64,000 bases of DNA from the human T2T-CHM13v2.0 reference genome, Homo sapiens. The DNA lies in assembly GCF_009914755.1 (NCBI RefSeq), contig NC_060941.1. One strand, 5' to 3'. Under the pieces are notes generated by a model that ran no database searches, was not told the DNA's origin, and worked only from the letters and a program-made list of their open reading frames with translations. Shown in pieces: positions 37,484-53,732 of this stretch. Numbering within the stretch: position 1 is the first letter of the stretch; each line of letters starts with the position of its first letter. A program made the translations under genes and the position numbers.

Positions 37484-38620
37484 ACGGGAAGATAACATGG
37501 CAGGAATGAAAACAGCTATCAATAAGGATAGTAATATTGTGGGTGATTTTTTTCTTTTTGAAAATTTTCTTAAATTATGTTATTATACTGTGTTTTCAGT
37601 TTTTAAAAAGGACCGAAAAGTGGGGAGGGGCAGTACAGGAAAACACACCGTGGGAACAGAGTCAAGCACACAGATGTTTTGCGTAAGCTAAATTTTCAGA
37701 CATCTGCCTTTGTGCAAGACTGGAAAAAGTAGAGCTGCTGTCAACAAGTTCTCTGCAGTGAGAGAGGGGTGGAGCCTGAGAGAAAGTGAACCGTGAAGAA
37801 ACCAACAATCCGAAGCCACAGGGCTGAAGAACAAATAATTTCTTAGATTAAGTTCCTCATTTATGAGCTACCCCTCTTCCCAAAATGCTTTGCCATCGGC
37901 AATGTCTACTACTCAAATAAGGAGACCTTAAGCTGCCCATATGTCTCCACTTAAGTGACTGAGGTTCTCTGTCAGTAGCACTACTTAGCTCTATGCAAGA
38001 TATCCCATCTCTGTGGGCAAGATATCCCATCTCTGTGGGAGATGAGATATGGTACAATATACTGTATAAAAATCTGGGTGAGATGCAAATGGCCCCAAAC
38101 CTCCCTTCATTTTCCAATTCCAAATAAAAAAAAGCTTATCATGTACAGAAAACTCATGTAAAAGCAAAGACAATACAGTTGTTCATCTGCTCTACTGCCT
38201 TGCTTTGATATATGTTTAACTTTATTTCTGTTTAGTTAAATGAATACTCCTAGGCCTATATTGTTTGCTCTTGCATGTAAGGCAATGAAGGGAAATTGCC
38301 ATTCACACTGCTTTATATAGTGCCCAGTGTAACGCTATATACACAGTGCTTAATGAATGTGATCTGAAAATGGCAATAGGGAAGCTGAAGACTCAAGAAC
38401 ACTTTGGAAGATAAGAAAGTATGGAAGATATTACAAAACCTCTTCTCTGGTACATGTGAAGAACGGGAAGGTAACATGGCAGGAATGGAAATGGCCCTAA
38501 GTAAGGAACTTAACATTGTGGGTAATTTTTTCTCTTTTTGAAAATTTTCTTTAATGATATTATTCTGTGTTTTCAATTTTTATAAAGGACCAAAGTGATT
38601 CTGGGGTGGGGGGTAGGGCA
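37484..38620. repeat. Diverged direct duplication of about 150 bp (37484-37633 vs 38463-38620)
   Basis: Shared acgggaag.taacatggcaggaatg…ctttttgaaaattttctt…ctgtgttttca…aaaggacc. Confidence 0.85.
37995..38038. repeat. 22-bp perfect tandem duplication
   Basis: gcaagatatcccatctctgtgg x2. Confidence 0.95.
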
Positions 38621-39137
38621 GCTCTTCTGGCAGGTGAGAAAGCCCACATTTGTCATACAAACCACAGGAAAGGCCTTATTTGTTCTTGTTTGCAGCCTTT
38701 AATCAGGCCTCATGCTAGGGGGAACTTCTTCCACTTGAAAAATTTACTTGCAAAGTTCTATCTGGTGTTCTGTCTTGAACTTCCCTTTTCTGAGAAGTTG
38801 GGTGTATTGTATGGGATACTCCCATACATCTACCTTCTGGGCAAACTGACTACAAAAGATGTGGGAAATCTCTTGTTCAGGCACAGTAGCCTCTCTTAGG
38901 TCCTATATAAGCTCCTCTTCCTGAATTCTCAGTCAGTTAATTCCACATAGTTCACAGGACCCACATTTTCCTGTTGGTGACAGCAAAAGCTACAACAGAC
39001 CAAATTATAATTGAATCAACTAGATACAGATTTTAACTCAAAGGTGTAATACATGCAAAACAGAGGAAGGTGCCTATTCTTTCTGTACTCATATAATCTA
39101 ACTGAGGTTTTAAAATGTGGATGTCAGAACCTATTCT

Positions 39138-39882
<745 letters not shown>

Positions 39883-39958
39883 TGAGAGCTTATTATGTAG
39901 CAGGTCCCATTCAAGGCACTGGAATACAGCAATGAACTTTTATAAAAGCCAGGGAATC

Positions 39959-40246
39959 GGCCAGGCACGGTGGCTCACGCCTGTAATCCCAGCACTCTGG
40001 GAGGCCAAGACGGGCAGATCACGAGGTTAGGAGATCGAGACCATTCTGGCTAACATGGTGAAACCCCGTCTCTACTAAAAATACAAAAAATTAGCCGGGC
40101 ATGGTGGTGCGTGCCTGTAGTCCCAGCTACTCAGGAGGCTGAGGCAGGAGAATTGCTTGAACCCAGGACGCCGCACCACTGCACTCCAGCCTGGGCGACA
40201 CAGCAAGAATCAGTCTCCAAAAAAAAAAAAAAAAAAAAAAAAAAAA
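39959..40246 (+). mobile_element. AluSc/Y-like with internal deletion
   Basis: cccaggacgccgcaccactg lacks about 30 nt of the right arm. Confidence 0.9.
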
Positions 40247-40257
40247 GCCAGGGAATC

Positions 40258-40797
40258 CCATTACTGGGTATATACCCAAAAGATTCTAAATCATTCTACT
40301 ATAAAGACACATGCCACATGCACATGTATGTTTACTGCAGCTACATTTACAATAGCAAAGACTTGGAACCAACCCAAATGCCCATCAATGATAGACTGGA
40401 TAAAGAAAATGTGGCACATATACACCATGGAATACTATGCAGCCATAAAAAAGAATGAGTTTATGTCCTTTGCAGGGACATGGATGAAGCTGGAAAACAT
40501 CATTCTCAACAAACTAACACAGGAACAGAAAACCAAACACTGCATGTTCTCACTCATAAGTGGGAGTTGAACAATGAGAACACATGGACACAGGGAAGGG
40601 AACATCACACACTGGGGCCTGTCGGAGGGCTGGGGGCAAGAGGAGGGAGAGCAGTAGGACAAATATCTAATCCATGTGGGGCTTAAAACCTAGATGATGG
40701 GTTGATAGGTGCAGCAAACCACCATGGCACATGTATACCTATGTAAGAAACCTGCATGTTCTGCAAATGTATCCCAGAACTTAAAAGAAAATTTAAA
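40258..40797 (+). mobile_element. 5'-truncated L1PA (older, PA7-10-like) 3' end
   Basis: ORF2 C-terminus FTIAKTWNQPKCPSMIDWIKKMWHIYTMEYYAAIK, 3'UTR, TSD aaaagccagggaatc. Confidence 0.9.
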
Positions 40798-42577
40798 AAA
40801 AGCCAGGGAATCAATAGATTTGTGACAGTGGAGGTAGAGAGAGACAAATAAGTAAAATGTCAGGTGATAATAAATGCTGTGAAGTAAGCAGTGGGTAAGA
40901 GGCTAAAAAATGACAAGGTGCACTGCTGTTTTAGGTAAGGAGGTGGTCAAGATGATATTCGAGCAGAGACTTAAATAAAAAATAAAACAAACACACTAAC
41001 CGCCCTCTCCAGAAGAGAGGGGAGGCAGAACGCTTCTTCCTCCATGGAAGGACATCTATTCAATCCATTCTGGAGCCTGGGTAGGCATTAGTCAGGTGAA
41101 AGGAGGTTAGGAGGGAAAAGAAAGGATGTTTCAGGCAGGGGGAGCAGCATGTGCAAAGGCCTGGTCAGAGGGACAGAACAACTTCAATCCTATTGTATGG
41201 GGAAACAGTGGAGAGGGCTTCAGTACAGATGGGGAGAGGTACAGATTTGGAAGGGTTTTCTATGGCTTGCTAAGGAATCTAGCTTTATTCTGAGGCTAAG
41301 AGAGAGCCAGAGTTTGCATTTCTAGAAAGATTCCTCCAACTACAATATGGAGAATGGATTGGAAGAGGGGTGAAACTTAGAAAAAGGGAGACAGATGTCA
41401 CTTTGGTATTCCAGGCAAGTAACAAGGGTGGTCTGATCTGAGCTAATGAGAATAAAGAGAATATAGATACCATGGGGGCTATTTGTCTAGTTTATTTTTT
41501 AGTACAATGGTAAATTTACTCCATGAAGATATTCAAATTATAAGAACAATGAGAAATGTTTTGATATGTGAAAATCCCTTGCATTCATAAAGAATGTTTT
41601 TTCTTTGAAGTTCTTGATTCTTCTGACAGGTCCTTGTCTCTAAAAAATTGCAAGGCTTTGAGTCACCCAGCAGGGTCAAAAAAGGTCTATTTACATGGCT
41701 ATTGCCTTTCATACCATCTGCCTTTGCCCAAACTTTTCTCAAAATAGGTTTTTTCCACCATCTCAATTTTGTCTTAAGTTACACTTGTGAATCCTCAGAT
41801 TTGGATATCAAATCTCCCTTAATCTATCTACCGGCTGCCAGCCAATCATCCTGGACAAGCCAGGGAAGCTTACAGGCAATTCTTCCTTATGTCATTTTGT
41901 TATCACACATGTCTATATCATTTCCTGCCAGGCATCAAACTTACAGCATTAGGGAGGAACAGCTGCAGAGAATGCTTTTACACAAAGGACTTCCTTCCTT
42001 ATCCCCCATTCAACGGATATGACAATATACTAATGGGCTCTAGTCAAATGAACAATAATGCAGATAAGTTCTGAAACTACCATTTTAAACCAATAATAGA
42101 CAAAGAAAGTTCAGTTTCCTGAACACAGTAACAAGGAAAAGATGAATGGGAAATCTGAAGCCAGCTTCGATCAAAAGAAGACAAGTGAATTTTACAAATT
42201 CATCTGTATTACATTACAATAGGATGTTAGTGAAAAACTGGCAAGCAGGTAATATTAAATTTCTTTGACTCTCAGCTAAATTAAGTAATCCATTATTAAA
42301 AAATATCTATGAGAAGGCAGTTTTCAGGAACTTGAATTTCCCTAGTTCTAAAATCAGTAGTTGTGTAAAACATGGCTGCTGGAGAATGAAAAGATAATTT
42401 ACGTTAAAGATGAACCACAGGCTATCCCTAGGAAATAACTGGTGGAGTAAGTCCAGAGAATAAGATTTGATCCAATATATATCTTAACCACAGAAAAGCT
42501 GTCATATTTTAATAGGTGACTAACTTTGCTTCTTACCTCTCTTCTATAAATGCAATTGTAACACTTAAAAAGATGTT

Positions 42578-45500
42578 AGAACCCACAGCTAGTAAGTCAC
42601 TGAATGGGGAAAAACAGAAAACCCTTCCTCTAAGATCTGGAACATGACAAGGATGCCCACTTTTACCACTGTTATTCAAAATAGTGCTAGAAGTCCTAGA
42701 CAGGGCAATCAGACAAGAAAAGAAACAAAGAGCATCCCAATTGGAAAGGAAGAAGTCAAATTATCCTTGTTTGCAGGCCAGGCGCGATCGCTCACACCTG
42801 TAATCCCAGCACTTTGGGAGGTCAAGGTGGGCAGATCACAAGAGGCCAGGAGTTCGAGACAAGCCTGGCCAACATGGCGAAACCCCTTCTCTACTAAAAA
42901 TACAAAAATTAGCTGGGCGTGGTCTCAAACTTCTGGCCTCATGATACACCCACCCCAGCCTCCCAAAGTGCTGGGATTACAGGAATGAGCCACTGTGCCC
43001 ATGCAGATGATATGATCTCACATTTGAAAAAAACCTAAAGACTCCACCAAAAAACTATTAGAACTGATAAACAAATTCAGTAAAATTGTGGGATACATAA
43101 TCGGCATACAAAAATCAGTAGCATTTCTATATGCCAACAGCAAACAATCTGAAAACGAAATTTAAGAAGTAATACCATTTACAGTAGTCACACATAAAAT
43201 TAAATATCTCGGAATTAACCAAAGAAGTGAACAACCTCTATAATAAAAACTATAACACACAGGTGAAAGAAATTGAAGACGACACCAAAAAAGGAAAACA
43301 TATTCCATGTTCATGGATTGAAAGAATATTGTGAAAATGTCTATACTACACAAAACAATCTAAAGATTCAATGCAATCCCTATCAAAAAACCAATGACAT
43401 TCTTCACAGAAATAGAAAAAATAATCCTAAAATTTACATGGAACCACAACATACCCAGAATAGCCAAAATCATCCTAAGCAAAAGGAACAAAACCGGAGG
43501 AATCACATTGTCTGACTTCAAATTATATTACCGAGCTATAGTAACCAAAACAGCATGGTAATGTCATAAAAAGAGACACATAGACCAATGGGATATAACA
43601 CAGAATCCAGGAATAAATCCATACATCTACAGTGAACTCATTTTTGACAAAAGTGTCAAGAACATCCATTGGGGAAAGGAGAGTCTCTTCAATAAATGAT
43701 GTCAGAAATACTGATGTCCATATGCAGAAGAGTGAAACTAGCCTCCATCTCTCGCCATATACAAAGTCAAATCAAAATGGATTAAATACTTAAACCTAAG
43801 ACCTCAAACTATGAAACCACTACAAGAAAACACTGGGGAAACTCCAGGACATTGAACTGGGCAAATATTTCTTGAGTAATACCCCACAAACACAGGTAAC
43901 CTAAGCAAAAATGGACAAACAGGATCACATCAAGTTAAAAAGCCTCTGCACAGCAAAGGAAACAACAAAGAGACCACCCACAGAATGGGAAAAAATATCT
44001 ATAAACTACCCATCTGACAAGGGATTGATAACCAGATTAATATAAGAAGCTCAAACAACTCTATAGGAAATAAAATCTAATAATCTGATTTAAAAATGGG
44101 CAAAGGGTCTGAATAGACATTTCTCAAAAGATGACATTGAAATGGCAAACAGTTACATGAAAAGGTGCTCAACATCACTGATCATCAGAGAAATGCAAAC
44201 CAAAACTACAATGAGATATCATCTTATCCCAGTTAAAACGGCTTTAATCCAGAAGATAGGAAATAATAAATGCTGGTGAGGATGTGGAGAAAAGGGAACC
44301 CTCATATGCTGTTGGTAGGTGTGTAAACTAGTACAACCACTATGGAGAACAGTTTGGAAGTTCCTCCAAAAACTAAATAGAACTACCATACGATCCAGCA
44401 ATCTCGTTGCTGGGCATATACCCAAAGAAAGGAAATCAGTATAAAAAGAGATATCTGTACTTCCATGTTCATTGCAGCTCTACTCACAATAGCCAAGATT
44501 TGCAAGTAACCTGTGTCCATCAACAGGTGAATGGATAAAGAAAATGTGGTACATTCATACAATGGGGTACTATTCAGCTATAAAAAGAATGAGGTCCTGT
44601 CTTTTGCAACAACATGGATGGACTGGAGGTCATTATGTTAAGTGAAATAAGCCAGGCACAGAAAGACAAACTTCACATATTCTCACTTATTTGTGGGAGC
44701 TAAAAATGAAAACAATTGAACTTATGGAGCTAGGGAGTAGAATGATGGTTACCAGAGACTGGCAAGGCTAGTAGTTGTGGAGAGGAAGTGGGGATGGCTA
44801 ATGGGTACAAAAATATAGTTAGACAGAATAAATAAGATATAGTATTTGATAGCACAGCAGGGTGACTAAAGTCAACAACAATAAATTACTGTAAGTTTAA
44901 AATAAGTAAAAGAGGCCAGGCATGGTGGCTCACACCTGTAAACCCAGCACTTCAGGAGAGGCTGAGATGGGCAAATGGCTTGAGCTCAGGAGTTCGAAAC
45001 CAGGCTGGGCAACATGGTGAAAGCCCATCTCTACTAAAAATACAAAAAATTAGTTGAGTGTGGTTGCACGTGCCTGTGGTCCCTGCTACTTGGGAGGCTG
45101 AGGCGGGAGGACTGCTTGAACCCAGGAGGTTGAAGCTGCAGTGAGCTCTGCTCACTCCAGCCTGGGTGACAAAGTGGGACTCTGTCTAAATATATATATA
45201 TATAATTTTATATACATATAATTATATATATATATAATTTGTTTGTAACACAAAGGAAGGAAAAATGCTGGAGGTGACAGATACTCCATTTACCCTGATG
45301 TGATTTGACTTTTTCTTTTTTTTTTTTTTGGAGACAAGGTCTTACTCTGTCACCCAGGCTGGAGCAGAATGGCATGATCACCGCTCACTGTAGCCTTGAC
45401 CTCCAGGGCTCAGGTAATCATCTCACTTCAGCCTTCCAAGTAATTGGGACTACAGATGTGTGCCACCACACTCGGCTAATTTTTTTGGTAATTTTTGTAG

Positions 45501-45740
45501 AGATAGTGTTTCACCATGTTGCCCAGGCTGGTCTCGAACTCCTGGGCTCAAGCGATCTGCCTGCCTCGGCCTCCCAAAGTGCTGGGATTACAGGCATGAG
45601 CCACTGCACCCAGCCTAATGTGATTATTACACATTGCATGCCTGTATCAAAATATCTCTTGTACCCCATAAATATATATACCTACTATGTACCCACACAA
45701 GTTGTTTTTAAAATTTTAAAAAGATATGAAAATAAAATAT
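42578..45740 (+). mobile_element. L1MA-type fragment (ORF2 3' part plus 3'UTR) interrupted by Alus at 42776-43000, 44914-45190 (+) and 45310-45615 (-)
   Basis: RT region aagtcaaattatccttgtttgca…gatgatatgatc, decayed ORF2, L1MA-type 3'UTR. Confidence 0.88.
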
Positions 45741-46255
45741 GATGAAAAATATGATAAGGTGACTGTTACCTTCAGAATACAGCTATTTGAGAAGGGGCTC
45801 ATCACTGGAAGTTCAAAATATCTCTAAATCAAACCTTTCCATAAATGGACTTACAGTTCTCAGATCATGTTTTCATTGACTTGATAGAGGCAGTACACAG
45901 TAGGTACACATTTGGCTAAGACTCAACTGACCAGGATTTTCTAATCACACTTCACTTATGTCTGGGTGCCTCTGAGTCAGTTTTAGCATTTTAGGCAGTT
46001 TCTCCATTCACATGAGATAAGGGTAGTATCTCAACATTTAAAGGCAGATAGGAAAAACATGGAATAGACAGGTGACCTGGAGTTCTTGCTCTGTCACTAA
46101 TGAATTATATAATATGTGGTGAGATAATCCAGATTTCATTTCCTCATATTAACATTATAAATTCTTAAAGTTCATGATTTTAGGAGATTATCACTGGGGA
46201 CCTTAAAAGCACTCTATTAAAGATGAGATCACCATATTTCTATAGTATTAAATAA

Positions 46256-46601
<346 letters not shown>

Positions 46602-47598
46602 GAAGAAGTAATTCTTAAAGAATGCCTCTAAAGGTTATGTCACAATGGGCTGGGCTTCTCTGCAAATGTGACTGTTCAGACCCTATAGGGTACTAAACCC
46701 TATTTAGTAATGAAATGATTAATTTGTTCATTCATTGGATCCTTGCTTCCACTGGAAATTTTTTCTGCAGATAGAATCCTGTCCCTCCAACCCCCTCACC
46801 CCACAACCCCAGTGCTGGTCAATTAAAAAAGAAAGGGATGGAGGGAGAATTTCTCCCACCAAAATTCTTGTAACAGAGAGCCTGCTTGGGTGATTTTACG
46901 CTCACAAAAGAGGGTAAAAGACAGCTGCCTGAGCTAAAGCGTGGTGAAGTGATATCTCCTGCATTGGTTATATTACTGATTCACTTAGTCCCCTAGAAAA
47001 GTCATTTTACCTCTCTGCATCTGAGTTTCTTCATTTGTAAAACTAAATTAATGATATCTACCTTGTCTCACATACTTGGGGATAAAATATTTTCTTTCTT
47101 CTTAGTAGGCAAAAGTTTGCAGAAGCATTCTAAAAAGTAGCAAGCACCAGGAGTATATAAATGCAAATTATTATTCTAAAGAACATAAGGTACATGAAAA
47201 GCTTAGGCTTTACCTTTCACATTTGGAATAAATGTTGAATTCTGGACAATGAAATAGAAACAGAAGCCACCCTCCAGGCATGTTTTCATGTGGAATTAAC
47301 TTCTGGCTTCTTTCTGAAATAATTTGCTTTGGCTTTTAAAACAATTTTTTGGTCTAGTGCAAAAAAATTTTACCTAAGGAAACTGAGCAGCTGGAAAGAG
47401 CATTTCAGCCTATAAGCAGAACAAAAAGTGTTCCTATTTCGTTAAATATAATTCTAACAGTAGAAATGGAGACCAGCTAAGGTCATTTTACTGTCTCTCT
47501 CTATATCAGCCAAGTTCACACCTCGCTATATTTAGGCAAGGTATGCACACCCATTAAAGATAGAAGGAGGCTTCGGCTCATAGCAGTGAGGTCATTAC

Positions 47599-47762
47599 CT
47601 CAGCTGAGGGGAAAAGACACTAACAGAAAAACTGTATTGGTGTGTTCCTTGGAAACCAACAGAACAACCAATGATCAATTTTATTTCATCCGGAATAGAT
47701 AAATGTATAATCTCGAATACGCACTGAGCAATCTCTACCACACATAACTCTGGTACAGTCAT
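47599..47762 (-). CDS. Candidate alternative first coding exon of SSH2 (MTVPELCVVEIAQ…VFSPQL-S)
   Basis: ggcATG start, 54 open codons + AG, donor GAG|gtaatg in phase 2, joins in frame to exon 17953; non-repetitive, retains CpGs. Confidence 0.5.
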
Positions 47763-48774
47763 GCCTAAAGCAAAGCAGCAAATATCTTTCAGGTAACTCA
47801 CTTTCCAGGACTGCCTGCCACGCCTTAGCCAGAGACAAGAGCTACCCAGGTCAACAGGGTAAAATGTTCAGCAGTTTAGTCTCCTGGGAAATGGAAAAAA
47901 AACAGGTTTTCAACCTGGGAATCATCATTGTATCAATTAACACCAGGGTCTAGCTGGGAAGAGTCTTCCAGCAGTCTTTTAGTTGACAGCTTCCTGGATC
48001 CAGCATCCAGCAAAGGAAGAACCAAATGGGGACAGAGCTCACTCACAGATTTAGCAAAAACAAGCAAACAAATAAAAAACAAAACAAAAGCAAATCTTGC
48101 GGTACACAGATTTTCTAATAAAGATTGTGTTGAAGTGAGTCAGGCACAATAGGTGCCCTCAAAAGGAAGCTAAGAAAACCCCACTAACAACCAGATGTTT
48201 TTGGAACCTCCTCAACTGTCAGGGGAAACCAATTAAACATATTGAAAGAATGCAGTAAACATACTTCTGAAACATAAGTATAACAAATAGAAATGTTTAT
48301 CTTCAAAGAAACTGCATGTTGCAATTATGAAATTTCTTCTGCAGGAAAGTTAAACATATTCGATGTTTCCCCAAAGGTTTTCTAATGTCACTAAAGAGGA
48401 TTATGAAATCTGCTGTACTTTTTTTTTCAAATCAGCAGTTAGTGCTATAAAGGTAATATTTTGAATGTTTTACTTTCTTCTTCATATTTAAACAATAGTT
48501 ACCAAACAGAAACTTAACATAGTTCATATGCATTTATGTATTCATTTTCCAATATTTACTTCTAAACCAAAAGTTGTATAAATAGTTCATAGCTCAATAC
48601 TTTAAAAAGGGTCAATTTTGAAAAATCTCATCTTGTTTCTTCTGTATTAAAAACACTATTTAATGAAAAATGTCTATCTAAATATTCTCATTTAACACTA
48701 AAAAGCTGAAATAATCCCCTTGGAGGAAAAATTTCTAAGATACATAAGTTTCTCCTTTACAGGGTGTTTAATTT

Positions 48775-49089
48775 CTTTCTTTTTTTTTTTTTTTTTTGAG
48801 ATGGAGTCTCACTCTGTCGCCCAGGCTAGAATGCAGTGGTGCGATCTTGGCTCATTGCCTCACTGCTACCTCCACCTCCTGGGTTCAAGCGATTCTCCTG
48901 CCTCAGCTTCCCAAGCAGCTGGGACTACAGGCGCCCGCCACCATGCCTGGCTAATTTTTGTATTAGTCGGAGATGGTGATAGGGTTTCACCATATTGGCC
49001 AGGCTGGTCTCGAACTCCTGAACTTGTGATTCACCCACCTCGGCCTCCCAAAGTGCTGGGATTATAGGCATGAGCCACCGCATCTGGCC
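48775..49089 (-). mobile_element. AluS with small internal duplications
   Basis: gctcattgcctcactgc; TSD taatttct. Confidence 0.9.
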
Positions 49090-50270
49090 TAATTTCTAAG
49101 TGAGAGAAAATGGTCTGAGTTTTCTGAAGGCTTTCAAGACATAGAAAGGCTTTCTATGCCTTGAGAAAGCCCAGAAATTGCCAGCGCAAATAAGCAAATG
49201 GCAAGTTGGCAAAAATGGCACATAAAATGTGGTTGCTCACACTTCCAAAAATTCATAACTATGCGTGGTAGGCTGCAGAAATCAGCCTTAGTAGCAAAGA
49301 ATGGCTTAATGGGTTGAATTCTTGGCCCTCAGTGCACAAACAGTTAAACAGCACATTCACTTCACTAAATATCCAAGCCTAGGGCAGTGGTCTTCATCCC
49401 TAAACCTCCTAACATCTCTTTATAATTAATTCAATAGGTACCCATACTAAAAGCAGTTAGAAACTCTCCTATTGCCTCTCGAACTTTTTCTTGAAAGTAA
49501 CAACCTTAAATCATTTTTGCCTCCCTGGAATAGTTCAAGCACTAGCAATATTTTACCCTAACATTGCTTCATTTTATTACCACATAGGTTGTGCTGAGAA
49601 ACACAAATATTCAGGCTTTATTGTAATATTCCAAGTTTTCTTTAAACAAATACCATTCTTGGAATATCTACTCTAAGATTATTAAGAAGGAGAGGGTATT
49701 CAAAGGGCTGCATAATCCTTCTCAATAGAGAGAAAAACATTAGCTCACATTCTTTCAGCTTGGGGAAATCATGAGTGATTGTTTAAAAATGGATAAATAA
49801 ATCTCAGTGGTTAAGTTCAAAGAGCTTAAAAAGAGTTTACTTGGGTTTCTAAATCAAATACCTAAAGCACTCTATTCAAGGTTCAAAATTGGGGGTGGGG
49901 GAGATGTTGGGGTAAGGTCGTTAGATTCCTTTGAGAATCAGATGAAAGCTATGGCCTTTTCCTCCAGAAAAAATTAATGTTCTACTCATATATAGGCCCA
50001 CATTTGCATATTATTTCAGTGTATTCATGAATTTCCTGGTCCAAAGCTCTGGACTAAAGGAACCTGATAAACACCCTAAAGAAATTATGGGTAGGTAAGA
50101 ATTCATAGCCTCCCCACTACTACCCCTCACTTTTTAATAGATAACAGCTCACCTTTAACAAGAGGCAAACGCTCAGTGATTTTTGCTTGGCTTTAATTTT
50201 GAAACCAGAGGAAACACAATGAATGGGAGTTGCACAGGTTCTTCTGTTAATACTGTGGACTCTCATTTTA

Positions 50271-50991
<721 letters not shown>

Positions 50992-51376
50992 TTACAAAGA
51001 TTCCCAAGCATTAAGTGAGAGTTGACTTACTAAAGCCCTACAGTACTAGACGTAACAGGATTTCAGTATAATAAAGGATTTTGGATAAGATTTTGAAATT
51101 CATTAACATTAAATCTGACCAGCAAATGAGGTTTTACACTTCTCTAAACCTGTTGGACACTCTAGAAATGTCAACAGCTACCCAGAGCATGCCATTTGAT
51201 GACAGTACTTATTTTCCAGCAGTGTGAGAAATCTAAGATCTTATGCAGAAAGTGATTCAGCATCCAAGGAAATGATTAGATTTAGGGCTTTACTGATCTT
51301 GATTTTATAATCCATGCTACATGGGAAAAAAGATTAAACATAAGGTATAACAGTTACTATAAAGGCTAATTTTTCG

Positions 51377-52027
<651 letters not shown>

Positions 52028-52794
52028 TCATCTATTTTCATTACATCTATAAATGCAGTGGCCTTATATTATTTAGATTATCTGTTATATATACCTAAAA
52101 ATCAACTTACACATTTACATAAAATGTCTACACTTCCGTTTGTGGTTCAAGTAACAGCTTAACAGTCTTCTGACCATTTTCTCTAAAATAGTCTCTCCCT
52201 CCCAGCTTTCCTTCTGTCCTCCATTATTTTTTCTTTAGAGCTATATCAGCTAATTATTTATTTATAATAATTTATTTACAGTCTGGAATGTAAGATCTAG
52301 AGCTGTGACTTGGTCTTTTTTTGTCCACTAATGCATTCCTAGTGCCTAGAACATGGTAGGTGACCAATAAATAAATGAATATTTACTAAGTAGGGATATG
52401 AAATTAACTACAGACAAATAAGGCACAGTACAAAAGCATGGGATATAAAGTTAGAAGACCTGAATTTCAGTCACTGCCCTTTCGTCTTCAACAAGTCATT
52501 TAATCTCTTTGAACCTCAATCTTGTTCCTTTAAAATGATGCTGAAATACAACAACACAGGGTTATTCCAAGGGTTACTGCAAATAACAGAAGTGAAAATT
52601 TGTAATATTACTATAACCCAGCAATTATTCTCAGAACACTAGCAAAAATTCCATAAAGTAGACTGATCTTGAGAAAGCAAGATATTCTGCTAACTTACCT
52701 TTGATCTTACAGAACAGTAAAGGCAGAAAGAAGTAGTGAGAAAAGTCACAGGCTTGAACTTCACTTACCAGCTGGCTGACCTTGAGAAAGTCTC

Positions 52795-52825
<31 letters not shown>

Positions 52826-53370
52826 TATTATACTTTAAGTTCTAGGGTACATGCGCACAACGTGCAGGTTACATATGTATACATGTGCCATGTTGGTGTG
52901 CTGCACCCATTAACTTGTCATTTACATTAGGTATATCTCCTAATGCTATCCCTCCACCCTCCCGTGACCCCACAAGGGGCCCGGGTGTGTGATGTTCCCC
53001 ACCCTGTGTCCAAGTGTTCTCATTGTTCAATTCTCACCTATAAGGGAGAACATGCAGTGTTTGGTTTTCTGTCCTTGTGATAGTTTGCTCAGAATGATGG
53101 TTTCCAGCTTCATCCATGTCCCTAAAAAGGACATGAACTCATCCTTTTTTATGGCATAGTATTCCATGGTGTATATGTGCCACATTTTCTTAATCCAGTC
53201 TATCATTGATGGACATTTGGGTTGGTTCCAAGTCTTTGCTATTGTGAATAGTGCCGCAATAAACATACGTGTGCATGTGTCTTTACAGCAACATGATTTA
53301 TAATCCTTTGGGTATATACCCAGTAATGGGATGGCTGGGTCAAATGGTATTTCTAGTTCTAGATCCTTGA
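52795..53370 (-). mobile_element. 5'-truncated L1PA4/5-like 3' end
   Basis: ORF2 C-terminus MFIAALFTIAKTWNQPKCPS…, 17-bp TSD gaccttgagaaagtctc (52778-52794, 53371-53387). Confidence 0.93.
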
Positions 53371-53400
53371 GACCTTGAGAAAGTCTCCTAACTTCTCTGA

Positions 53401-53732
<332 letters not shown>

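Noticed and set aside
45188-45240. AT-only quasi-palindrome
   Set aside because: Degenerate (TA)n Alu tail; self-complementarity is trivial
52692-52740. Consensus donor AAG|gtaagt on the minus strand
   Set aside because: In-frame TAA just upstream in phase 2 and no convincing acceptor or ATG; at most a non-coding exon end
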